This document shows positions 30,883 to 39,419 of a DNA stretch of 64,000 nucleotides, piece after piece. A model generated the notes under the pieces. That model saw only the letters and a program-made list of their open reading frames with translations. It was not told where the DNA came from and searched no databases. The stretch is from an uncultured bacterium (GTDB lineage Bacteria > Planctomycetota > UBA1135 > GCA-002686595): positions 224,001 through 288,000 of the forward strand of contig CALSNU010000003.1 of assembly GCA_943787795.1 (NCBI GenBank), in the 5' to 3' direction. A program made the translations under genes and the position numbers. The first letter of the stretch is position 1. Every line of letters begins with the position of its first letter.

Positions 30883-32364
30883 TCAGGCCAGCTGGAGGTC
30901 GGCCATGATCGCGGCGTAGAGATCCTCGTAGCGGTCGACCTGGGCCTCCCATGAGAAGTCCCTGGCCATGCCGCGGAGCTGCATTTGTCGCCAGCCCTCG
31001 GTGTCCCGCCAGACCTCGATGGCGTGGGCCAGGGTGTCCTCGAGGGCCACGGAGGTGTGCTCGTAGAACATGAAGCCCGTGCCGCTGCCGTCCTCGTGGC
31101 GCTCGACGGTGTCCGCGAGCCCGCCGGTGCTCCGCACGAGCGGGATGGTGCCGTACCTGAGGCTGTACATCTGATTCAGACCGCACGGCTCATAGCGTGA
31201 GGGCATGAGGAAGATGTCGGAGCCTGCCTCGATTCGGTGGGCGAGCCCGTTGTCGTAGCCGATGTGCACACCGACCTTGGCGGGGTAGCGGTCGCGGAGC
31301 CAGCGGAAGTAGCTCTCCTGCTCCGGGTCGCCGCTGCCCAGGACGACCAGTCGCACGTCGTGGTGATCGAGGAGTCGCTCGGCGAAGTCGGGGATCAGCT
31401 CGAAGCCCTTCTGGTGCGTCAGCCTGGAGACAATGCCGAGGACCGGCCCGGACGGCTCGGGGGCCACGCCGAGCTCGTCGAGGAGCGCGTCCCGGCACAT
31501 GCGCTTCCCGAACAGATCCTCTGGGCCGTAGTTGGCGGGCAGGTGCCTGTCGGTCGCGGGGTCCCACTCTCCGTAGTCGACACCGTTGACGATGCCCGCC
31601 AGGTGATCCTCCCGCTGAGCCAGGAGGCCCTGAAGGCCGTGGCCGTACTCGGGGGTCTGGATCTCGCGGGCGTAGGTGTCCGAGACCGTGGAGAGCCACG
31701 AGGCGTGAAGGATGCCCGTCTCCAGGTAGTTGACCGCGCCAGCGGCGAGGCGCTCCTGGTGGAACTGGTCGCGGACGCCACCCAGGCCGACCCGGCGAAT
31801 AGCGTCCTCGGAGAACACGCCCTGGTAGCCCAGGTTGTGGATAGAGAGCAGCGTGGAGCTCCCGCGCAGGAGCTCGTCCCAGGCGTAGGTGGACTTCAGC
31901 AGCAGCGGCAGGAGCCCCGTGTGCCAGTCGTTGGCGTGGAACACGTCAGGGGCCCAGCCGGTGCGCTGGCAGGCCTCGATGGCGGCCCGGCAGAAGGCCG
32001 CCCAGCGGATCGGCTCGTCGTCATCGTTGGTGTAGAACTCCTCCCGTCCGAAGAGCTCGGGTGAGTGGATGAACTCCACTTGGAGCGGGACGCCCTCGTC
32101 GTTCTCGGAGTCCGGCAGCGGCGCCTTGCGGACGGAGACCGGGACGTCCCACCCGGGGAAGCTCAGGGGGAAGGGCGAGAGGAAGGGCTCCGTCTCGAGC
32201 CCCGACCGTTCGACCCGCCCGTAGAGGGGGACGAACAGCCTGACCTCATGGCCACGCTTCCAGAGGGTTCGGGAGAGCGCCGCGGCCACGTCGGCGAGGC
32301 CGCCCGTCTTGGCGAACGGAGCGCACTCCGCGGACACCATCGCGATGCGAAGGGGCAGCTGCAT
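30883..32364 (-). CDS. glgA: Glycogen synthase (GT5)
   Basis: KTGGLADV, HANDWHT, IHNLGYQG, GIVNGVD, MPSRYEPCGLNQ, TGGLADTV. Confidence 0.95.
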   Translation of the reverse strand: MQLPLRIAMVSAECAPFAKTGGLADVAAALSRTLWKRGHEVRLFVPLYGRVERSGLETEPFLSPFPLSFPGWDVPVSVRKAPLPDSENDEGVPLQVEFIHSPELFGREEFYTNDDDEPIRWAAFCRAAIEACQRTGWAPDVFHANDWHTGLLPLLLKSTYAWDELLRGSSTLLSIHNLGYQGVFSEDAIRRVGLGGVRDQFHQERLAAGAVNYLETGILHASWLSTVSDTYAREIQTPEYGHGLQGLLAQREDHLAGIVNGVDYGEWDPATDRHLPANYGPEDLFGKRMCRDALLDELGVAPEPSGPVLGIVSRLTHQKGFELIPDFAERLLDHHDVRLVVLGSGDPEQESYFRWLRDRYPAKVGVHIGYDNGLAHRIEAGSDIFLMPSRYEPCGLNQMYSLRYGTIPLVRSTGGLADTVERHEDGSGTGFMFYEHTSVALEDTLAHAIEVWRDTEGWRQMQLRGMARDFSWEAQVDRYEDLYAAIMADLQLA

Positions 32365-32458
32365 GGCGGGAGCTTAGCGAACGGCGGGGGCCGGGTTGGG
32401 CACGGCGAGGAGTTCTGGTGGGAATCCAGGCCCCGTTGGTGGGTATCCTCCGGTTCAG

Positions 32459-33700
32459 ATGTCACGCGCCAACACCGTCTTCGTCGCGCCCTTCGCCCTC
32501 CCCAGCACGCTGAGGTTCCTGAGGGCGGCGGCCCTGCTCCCCGAGACCACCTTCTCGGTGGTGGCGCAGGAGCCGGCGGCGTCGTTCATGGCCGCGCTGG
32601 ACGAGGAGGTGCGGGGTAGGATCGCCGAATTCGTGTCCGTGGCCGACTGCCACGACCCGGACCAACTCGAGGGAGCCGTCCGTCGAGTCGCCGGAAGCAC
32701 GGGCGCCGGGGTCACGGCTCTGGTGGGCATCCTCGAGCCACTCCAGGAGGCGCTCGCATGCGTGCGGGAGCGACTCCAGATCCGCGGGATGGACCGCGCC
32801 GAGGCGGGGCGCTTCAGGGACAAGGCGGTCATGAAGGACGCGCTCCGCGCCCATGACCTGCCCTGCGCCGGTCACCACCTGGCGACGGACGCGGCGAGCG
32901 CCCTGAGCTTCGCGCGCCGCACCATGCCCCTCGTGGCCAAGCCCCCCGCTGGTGCCGGGGCCCGGGATACCTTCCGGGTGGATGAGGTCTCGCAGCTGGA
33001 GAGCTGGATGGCTTCGAATCCGCCGACTCCCGCGCGGCCGCTGCTGCTCGAGGAGTTCGTCCAGGGGCGGGAGTACTCCTTCGACAGCGTGTCGATCGGA
33101 GGTCGTCACCTCTTCCATTCGATCTCCGAGTACTCGCCCACGCCGCTGCAGGTCATGGAGTCGCCCTGGATCCAGTGGACGGTCATGCTGCCCCGGGATG
33201 TCGGTGGCCCGGAATATGCGCCGATCCTCTCGGCCGGTCCGCGTGCGCTGGATGCCCTGGGGATGGTCAGCGGGATGACCCACATGGAGTGGTTCCGCCG
33301 CGCCGATGGGTCCATCGCGATCTCGGAGGTCGCCGCGCGGCCGCCCGGGGCGCAGTTCACCTCCTTGATCTCCTACGCCCACGACCGCGACTTCTATCGG
33401 GTCTGGGCCGAGGTCTCGATCCTCGAGGAATTCTCGGTCCCGCCGCGCAAGTACGCGACCGGCGCCGCGTACCTGCGCGGTCAGGGCGGCGGCCGAGTGG
33501 CGCGCGTGGCCGGGATCGAGCGGGCCAACGAGGAGCTCGGTGACCTCGTCGTCGAGTCCCAGCTTCCGGTTCCGGGCCAGCTCAAGGCGAGCTCCTACGA
33601 GGGCGAGGGCTTCATCATCCTCCGCCATGAGGACACCGACCGCGTGCGGGAAGGGCTTCGGCGCGCCGTCGAGATCCTCCAGGTCGAGCTGTCCTCCTGA
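32459..33700 (+). CDS. ATP-grasp ligase (paralog 2)
   Basis: RDKAVMK, KPPAGAGA, EEFVQGRE, THMEWF, SEVAARPPG. Confidence 0.9.
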   Translation: MSRANTVFVAPFALPSTLRFLRAAALLPETTFSVVAQEPAASFMAALDEEVRGRIAEFVSVADCHDPDQLEGAVRRVAGSTGAGVTALVGILEPLQEALACVRERLQIRGMDRAEAGRFRDKAVMKDALRAHDLPCAGHHLATDAASALSFARRTMPLVAKPPAGAGARDTFRVDEVSQLESWMASNPPTPARPLLLEEFVQGREYSFDSVSIGGRHLFHSISEYSPTPLQVMESPWIQWTVMLPRDVGGPEYAPILSAGPRALDALGMVSGMTHMEWFRRADGSIAISEVAARPPGAQFTSLISYAHDRDFYRVWAEVSILEEFSVPPRKYATGAAYLRGQGGGRVARVAGIERANEELGDLVVESQLPVPGQLKASSYEGEGFIILRHEDTDRVREGLRRAVEILQVELSS

Positions 33701-33752
33701 GCCGCGTCCGCCCTCCTCTTCCACCGACCCCACTCCACCCCTAAGGCTCCCC

Positions 33753-34994
33753 ATGACGATCAACGTCGTCCTCATTTCCCCGGGCTTCCCCGCCGACAAC
33801 GGTCACTTCACGCAGGCGCTGCACGCGCTGCCCGGCGTGCGAGTCCTGGGGGTCGGAGACCAGCCCATCGCGGCCATGGAGCCCGCGGTCCGGGCTGCCA
33901 TCGACGACCATCTCGTGGTGAAGGACCTCTGGAGCGAGGAGCAGACCGTGGCCGAGGTGGGCCGCTGGCTCGGACAGCTCGGGGTGCGGCCCGATCGGGT
34001 CGAGTGCCTGTGGGAGATCGGCGTGGTGCTGGCGGCGCGCATGCGTGAGGCCTTCGATGTCCCTGGCTTGCGCGTGGACCAGGCCGTGACCTTCCGTGAC
34101 AAGGAGGTGATGAAGGCAACCCTCGACGCCGCGGGGGTCCGCACGCCGCACCACTACCGCGCCCGAACCCGCGCGGAGGTGGAGGAGGCCGCCCGCGCCG
34201 TGGGGTACCCGCTGATCGTCAAGCCCATCGACGGCGCAGGCTCCGAGGACACCCACACGGCCCGCTCTGACGAGGAGCTCTCCCAGGTCATCGAGGCCGT
34301 GGCTCACGTCCCCGAGGTCAGCGTGGAGGAGTTCATCGAGGGCAAGGAGTTCACCTATGACGCGATCCTCGCCGACGGGGAGACCCTGTTCGAGAACGTG
34401 GCCTGGTATCGGCCCAAGCCGCTCGTCGCGCGCCAGAATCCGTGGATGAGCCCCCAGGCGGTGTGTCTCGCGGACCTGGAGCAGCCCGACGTCGCGCCGG
34501 GCGTGGAGCTGGGCCGCCGCGCCCTGAAGGCGCTTGGCTACCGCACCGGGATGGCCCACATGGAGTGGTACCTCTCGGACAAGACCGGGGAGGCCATCTT
34601 CGGAGAGGTCGGCGCCCGCGCCCCTGGGGGGCGGCTCTCCCACGGCATGAACTACGCGTGCGATGGCGACGTGTTCCAGCTCTGGGCGGAGGCGATCACC
34701 CGCGGCTCGTCGGAGCAGTCCATGGAGCGCCGGTACAACGCGGCGCTGGTCTTCAAGCGCGCCCACGGCGACGGGCAGCTCGTGACGCGGATCGAGGGGC
34801 TGGAGCCGATCCTCGCGCGCGACGGGGAGCACCTCCCCGTGGTCGAGCTGGTTCCCATCGGGGCGCCGCGGCGAGACTGGACCCAGGTGGTGACCGGTGA
34901 TGGGTGGTGCATCGCCCGGCATAACCTGCTGGGTGAGGCGCTCCGCATCGCGGACGACATCGGTCGGGACGTGAGGATCCACTGCGACGCCTGA
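33753..34994 (+). CDS. ATP-grasp ligase (paralog 3)
   Basis: RDKEVMK, KPIDGAGS, EEFIEGKE, AHMEWY, GEVGARAPG. Confidence 0.9.
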   Translation: MTINVVLISPGFPADNGHFTQALHALPGVRVLGVGDQPIAAMEPAVRAAIDDHLVVKDLWSEEQTVAEVGRWLGQLGVRPDRVECLWEIGVVLAARMREAFDVPGLRVDQAVTFRDKEVMKATLDAAGVRTPHHYRARTRAEVEEAARAVGYPLIVKPIDGAGSEDTHTARSDEELSQVIEAVAHVPEVSVEEFIEGKEFTYDAILADGETLFENVAWYRPKPLVARQNPWMSPQAVCLADLEQPDVAPGVELGRRALKALGYRTGMAHMEWYLSDKTGEAIFGEVGARAPGGRLSHGMNYACDGDVFQLWAEAITRGSSEQSMERRYNAALVFKRAHGDGQLVTRIEGLEPILARDGEHLPVVELVPIGAPRRDWTQVVTGDGWCIARHNLLGEALRIADDIGRDVRIHCDA

Positions 34995-35947
34995 TGGCCG
35001 CTGACTCCCGACCACTCGCTCTGCTGGGGCCCCAGCATGAGAGGCCGACCCTGCGCGATGTCCTCGACGGCATGGGCGCTGGGGGTCCTTATGTCCTCGT
35101 CTCCGCAGGTTGGCAGGAGCGCGAGTCCGAGACCGGGCGCCTCGACGCTCACCTCGGTGAGGCCGTACGCACCCTCGACCTCTGGCCGCGCTGCGAGGCT
35201 GCGTTCGAGGCGGACGCCGATCTTCGGCACATGATGTTCGATCGGCACGACCGAATGAATGAGCTGTCTGCGCTGTACCGCGTGCGGCTGGCGGCGGAGC
35301 TCGCTGCTGCCCGGGACCTGATGGGGCGCACGCGCCCGGATCGAGCAGACCCCCTCGTGGGCCCGTCGCTGGACCTCGCCTGCGGTGCCCTGCGAGACCT
35401 CGATGACCTCCACTGCTCGCGGGTGGGCGAGCTCAATGAGGAGGTCTTCGGCCAGGCCATCGAGCGGGAGAGTCTCCGCGCCGGCCGGGCGGAGATCGCG
35501 GAGGCGCTCGCTGGGGCAGGGACGCTGCTGGTGGCGGGGGGGCACGTCGGCATCCTCTACAACCGGATGCGCCTGTTCGGGGTGCGTGAGATGCTCCCCG
35601 CCGCGACCCCCGTGGTCGGCTGGTCGGCCGGCGCGATGGTGCTGACTGACCGCATCCTGCTCTTCCACGACTCGCCCCCCCAGGGCCCGGGCGACGCCGA
35701 GTTCCTGGGCCCCGGGTTCGGACTCGCTCCCGGCGTGGTCGTGCTGCCCCACGCCTCCCGGCGGCTTGACCTCGAGCACCGCGGCCGGGTCGCGCTCCTC
35801 GCCCGGCGGCTGGCTCCGGAGCTCGTGGTCGCCCTCGATGACGGCGATCGCCTCGAGGCTGGCGCGGAAGGCTGGTCCGGCGTGGGGGCGCGCCGACTGA
35901 CCCACGCCGGCGCGGTCGACGAAGAGCTCATGGGGGCCGGCGCGTGA
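34994..35947 (+). CDS. Peptidase S51 / class I glutamine-amidotransferase-like protein (cyanophycinase/PepE fold)
   Basis: VAGGH, nucleophile elbow GWSAGAM, downstream VLPH; TGATG overlap. Confidence 0.75.
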   Translation: MAADSRPLALLGPQHERPTLRDVLDGMGAGGPYVLVSAGWQERESETGRLDAHLGEAVRTLDLWPRCEAAFEADADLRHMMFDRHDRMNELSALYRVRLAAELAAARDLMGRTRPDRADPLVGPSLDLACGALRDLDDLHCSRVGELNEEVFGQAIERESLRAGRAEIAEALAGAGTLLVAGGHVGILYNRMRLFGVREMLPAATPVVGWSAGAMVLTDRILLFHDSPPQGPGDAEFLGPGFGLAPGVVVLPHASRRLDLEHRGRVALLARRLAPELVVALDDGDRLEAGAEGWSGVGARRLTHAGAVDEELMGAGA

Positions 35948-37074
35948 CGTCGCTCAGCAGCATCGAGGCGGTGAAGGACGCCATCGGCGAATCCGGGGCC
36001 GCTGCCCTGGAGGGGCTTGAGGTACCGATCGTCGAGGGCGGCCGCGCGCTCTTCGTCTATGAAGGCCGCGCGGAGGGCGTCTGGCTCCACCACTGGATCT
36101 TCGGGCTCGAGTCGGCCCAGGAGTTCCTTCGGACGCACCCCGACGTCTGGACGCTCGAGCTCGAGGTGCAGGCCACGGCCCGGGTCGAATACAAGCTGGA
36201 GATCCAGGACAATGGCGAGCGCAAGCTCATCCTGGACGCGCTGAACCCCGCCGTCGCGCGGGACCCGTTCGCCACCAACTCGGTGGTGACGGGCCCGGAC
36301 TACACGACCCCTTGGTGGGCGGTGGAGGATCGCTCGCGCCGTCAGGGGGTGATCCTTGAGCGGCAGCTTCAAAGCGAGGTCTTCGGCGACGTGCGCCCGC
36401 TCTCGATCTACCTCCCGCCTCGCTACCGGGTGACGCGCCGCTACCCGCTCCTCGTGGTGCACGATGGGCTCGACTATCTGCGGTATGCGGCCTTCAAGAC
36501 GGTGATCGACAACCTCATCGACCTCGGGGAGATCCCCCCGATGGTCGTGTGCTTCATTCAGTCGCCGGATCGGGTCCATGAGTACGCGGCGAGCGAACAG
36601 CACGCCGACTTCCTCGCGACCGAGCTGCTGCCGCTGCTCGAGGACGAGTTCTCGCTGGAGGCTGGCCCCGACAACCGCGCCTTGATGGGGGCCAGCTTCG
36701 GCGGCGTTGCGTCGCTCCACGCGTCGCTCCAGCACCCCGGTGTGTTCGGCCGCCTCTTCCTTCAGTCGGGCTCATTCGCGTTCACCGACATCGGTGACCA
36801 CGAGCGCGGCCCGCTCTTTGACCCGGTGGTGGCCTTCGTGAACGGGTACCGCCGCGCGCCGCAGAAGCCGGCCGACAGGGTCTTCCTGTCCTGCGGGATC
36901 TACGAGTCTCTCATCGTCTACAACCGCTCCCTGCTTCCGATGCTCCAGTCTGTCGGGGTCGACGCTACCCTCGTGGAGGCGCAGGACGGTCACAACTGGG
37001 AGAACTGGCGGGACCACCTCCGCGCCGGGCTCACCTGGCTCTTCCCCGGACCTCTCTGGATGGTGTACGAGTGA
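35944..37074 (+). CDS. Fes-like alpha/beta esterase with N-terminal E-set/CBM48-like domain
   Basis: WTLEL..RVEYKL..DALNP, IYLPP, HDG, GASFGG, DGHNW; GTGA overlap. Confidence 0.82.
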   Translation: MTSLSSIEAVKDAIGESGAAALEGLEVPIVEGGRALFVYEGRAEGVWLHHWIFGLESAQEFLRTHPDVWTLELEVQATARVEYKLEIQDNGERKLILDALNPAVARDPFATNSVVTGPDYTTPWWAVEDRSRRQGVILERQLQSEVFGDVRPLSIYLPPRYRVTRRYPLLVVHDGLDYLRYAAFKTVIDNLIDLGEIPPMVVCFIQSPDRVHEYAASEQHADFLATELLPLLEDEFSLEAGPDNRALMGASFGGVASLHASLQHPGVFGRLFLQSGSFAFTDIGDHERGPLFDPVVAFVNGYRRAPQKPADRVFLSCGIYESLIVYNRSLLPMLQSVGVDATLVEAQDGHNWENWRDHLRAGLTWLFPGPLWMVYE

Positions 37075-37080
37075 AACGAC

Positions 37081-38349
37081 ATGGCTGACATCAAACGAAT
37101 CGGGCTCTCCCTCGGCGCTGACATCTGCTGGCCGCGCTGCTTTGAGGGCATCCTCGAGCGGTGGGACCCCACCCTCAAGGTGGCGGGGCGTGACGTGCGC
37201 TTCGAGGTGGATCGAGTGGTCATCGAGCCCTTCGATCTGCGGACGCCGACGCGCTACAACGTCGTCCTCGACCGCCTCACCCACTGGTACGCGAACACCC
37301 GCGAGTGGATCAAGAAGGGTGTGCTGATGGACGACCTCTACGTCCTCAACAACCCCTGGTCGGTGCAGTCCATGGAGAAGCAGACCTCGTACTGCGCCAT
37401 GATGCGGCTGGGCATGCCAATCCCGGATACGTGGCTGGTGCCGCCGAAGGAGTATGAGTCCAGCCCGGACCTGCAGCCGACGCTCGAGCGCTATGCCCGT
37501 TACTTCGACCTCGAGGAGCTCGGGGAGAAGGTGGGCTACCCACACTTCATGAAGCCTTATGACGGCGGCGGCTGGGTCGGCGTCAACAAGATCGACAGCG
37601 TCGAGGAGCTCAAGACGGCCTACGACGAGAGCGGCAAGTTCGTCATGCACCTGCAGCACGGGGTGCTGCCCCACGATCACTTCGTCCGCTGCGTTGGGAT
37701 CGGTCCCGACATCCGGATGGTGGAGTACGACCCTTCGGCGCCCCTGCATGAGCGCTACACCAAGGAGTACAACCACCTCTCGCCGGCGGAGATGGAGCAC
37801 CTGCGCCAGATCACCCTGACGATCAACGCCTTCTTCGGCTGGGACTTCAACTCCTGCGAGAGCCTCCGACAGGACGGCGTCTGGCACCCGATCGACTTCG
37901 CGAACCCCTGCCCTGACTCGCAGGTGACCTCGTTGCATCAGCACTTCCCGTGGCTGGTGCTCGGCAAGCTGCGGTGGGCGCTCTTCGTCGCGGCCACCGG
38001 CCGCAAGTTCAAGAACAACCTCGACTGGGACCCGTACTTCGAGATCGCCGACGGGCCGGGCTCGTTTGCAGAGAAGCTCCCTCAGTACGCGGCGATCGCC
38101 GACGAACACTTCGAGACCGCGCGCTTCCAGGAGTTCTGCGCCGAGCACCTCGGCCCCCTGGATGAGGTGGCGTGGGAGTTCTTCGGCACCGCGGCGGCGA
38201 GAGACGCGGTGCACGAGAAGGTGGCCGCGCTCTTCCCCGAGCACGAGGTGGAGGAGTTCACCGAGCGCTTCTGGGGGTCGATCCAGAGCTGGCGGCACGA
38301 GACCGCTCACGCGTCGCCGAGCGACAGCATCCACGGAGTGCCGTCATGA
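37081..38349 (+). CDS. ATP-grasp ligase, RimK-like (paralog 4)
   Basis: VLNNPW..MEK, IPDTWLVP, MKPYDGGGWVGV, NSCE, IDFANPCPD. Confidence 0.82.
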   Translation: MADIKRIGLSLGADICWPRCFEGILERWDPTLKVAGRDVRFEVDRVVIEPFDLRTPTRYNVVLDRLTHWYANTREWIKKGVLMDDLYVLNNPWSVQSMEKQTSYCAMMRLGMPIPDTWLVPPKEYESSPDLQPTLERYARYFDLEELGEKVGYPHFMKPYDGGGWVGVNKIDSVEELKTAYDESGKFVMHLQHGVLPHDHFVRCVGIGPDIRMVEYDPSAPLHERYTKEYNHLSPAEMEHLRQITLTINAFFGWDFNSCESLRQDGVWHPIDFANPCPDSQVTSLHQHFPWLVLGKLRWALFVAATGRKFKNNLDWDPYFEIADGPGSFAEKLPQYAAIADEHFETARFQEFCAEHLGPLDEVAWEFFGTAAARDAVHEKVAALFPEHEVEEFTERFWGSIQSWRHETAHASPSDSIHGVPS

Positions 38350-39095
38350 CGCGTATCGCCGAGACCTGGACGTCCGAGCGCGTGGGGCGTGAGGTGAAGG
38401 TGGTCCGTTGGGGTGAGATGGGGACGCCCGTGGTCTTCTTCCCAACGGCCGCGGGGGACGCCGAGGAGTGCGAGCGGTTCCTGCTCGTGGACGCCCTCGC
38501 GCCGCTCCTGGAGGAGGGCATCATCAAGCTCTACTCGGTGGACTCGGTGCCAGGCATGGTCTGGTTGAAGGAGGACAACTCCGTGCCCGGCGCGTCCCGC
38601 GCCCAGGCGGGGTTCGACGCGTTCGTCGAGCACGAGCTTGTGCCCATGATCCGCCGGGACTGCAACGTCGCGGAAGGCGAGCCCCTGGACATCATCGCGT
38701 CGGGGGCGTCCATCGGTGCGTACAACGCCCTGGCCGCGATCTGCCGTCACCCGGAGCTGTTCTCGGAGGCGATCTGCATGTCCGGGACGTACGAGCTGTC
38801 CAAGTTCATCGACGGCGACATGGACGAGGCGTGGTACTTCGCGTCGCCCCTGCACTTCATCCCGAACCTGCCCGAGGATCATCCCAACCTCGCCCGCCTT
38901 CGAGAGCGCCGGATCCTCATCAGCCACGGCGCTGGCCGCTGGGAGGACCCCGAGGAGTCCTGGGCCGTCGCTCGCGTGCTGGGCGCCAGGGGGATCCCGA
39001 ACCACGTGGACGAGTGGGGCGAGGACTGGGACCACGACTGGCCGACGTGGCGCCGGATGCTGCCGGAGTATCTCAGGGCGCGCCTCGTCGACTGA
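38346..39095 (+). CDS. Small alpha/beta-hydrolase (esterase family)
   Basis: WGEMGTPVVFFPT, GASIGA, MSGTYE, WDHDWPTW; ATGA overlap. Confidence 0.85.
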   Translation: MTRIAETWTSERVGREVKVVRWGEMGTPVVFFPTAAGDAEECERFLLVDALAPLLEEGIIKLYSVDSVPGMVWLKEDNSVPGASRAQAGFDAFVEHELVPMIRRDCNVAEGEPLDIIASGASIGAYNALAAICRHPELFSEAICMSGTYELSKFIDGDMDEAWYFASPLHFIPNLPEDHPNLARLRERRILISHGAGRWEDPEESWAVARVLGARGIPNHVDEWGEDWDHDWPTWRRMLPEYLRARLVD

Positions 39096-39167
39096 TACCG
39101 GGCGGCGCGGGCCTTGCCTGGCCAAAGGAGGCTCGCCGGCTGGATCTACCGGTGTGATCTGTCGAAT

Positions 39168-39240
39168 TGAGCCGCCAGTGTGAGCTGCCAGTGTGAGCCG
39201 CCGATGTGAGCCATTGTGTCGGCCACTGTGTGAGCCACCG
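39168..39240. repeat. Degenerate 12-13-bp tandem repeat, about 6 copies (TGAGCCGCCAGTG)
   Basis: Units start at 39168, 39181, 39194, 39207, 39219 and 39231. Confidence 0.8.
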
Positions 39241-39419
39241 CCGGTAGGGCTCCCGGTCCTTTGGCCCCTCTCAGTCCGATACCGTCCAAGGCGCCCCTGA
39301 TCTGCGCTCGGGACCCGTGACGGGGCGCCTTGGATCGGCACGGGTGCGGCAGGAAGAGCGTGGCGGCATGCGCGGGCACATGGGACACTCAGAGCACTCC
39401 ATCGTCCTTCCCGACTGAC

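Noticed and set aside
28341..30908. Long antisense and alternate-frame ORFs (also 56-877, 5863-8277, 22538-24238, 25766-27763, 54024-55832)
   Set aside because: Shadow ORFs of real genes in high-GC DNA; no motifs
37072..37083. In-frame TGA between the esterase and the RimK-like ligase
   Set aside because: Both domains are complete and the second has an ATG; in-frame spacing occurs one time in three by chance
29565..39095. RiPP (graspetide) or cyanophycin cluster
   Set aside because: No precursor peptide ORF or exporter evident; no CphA Mur-ligase domain
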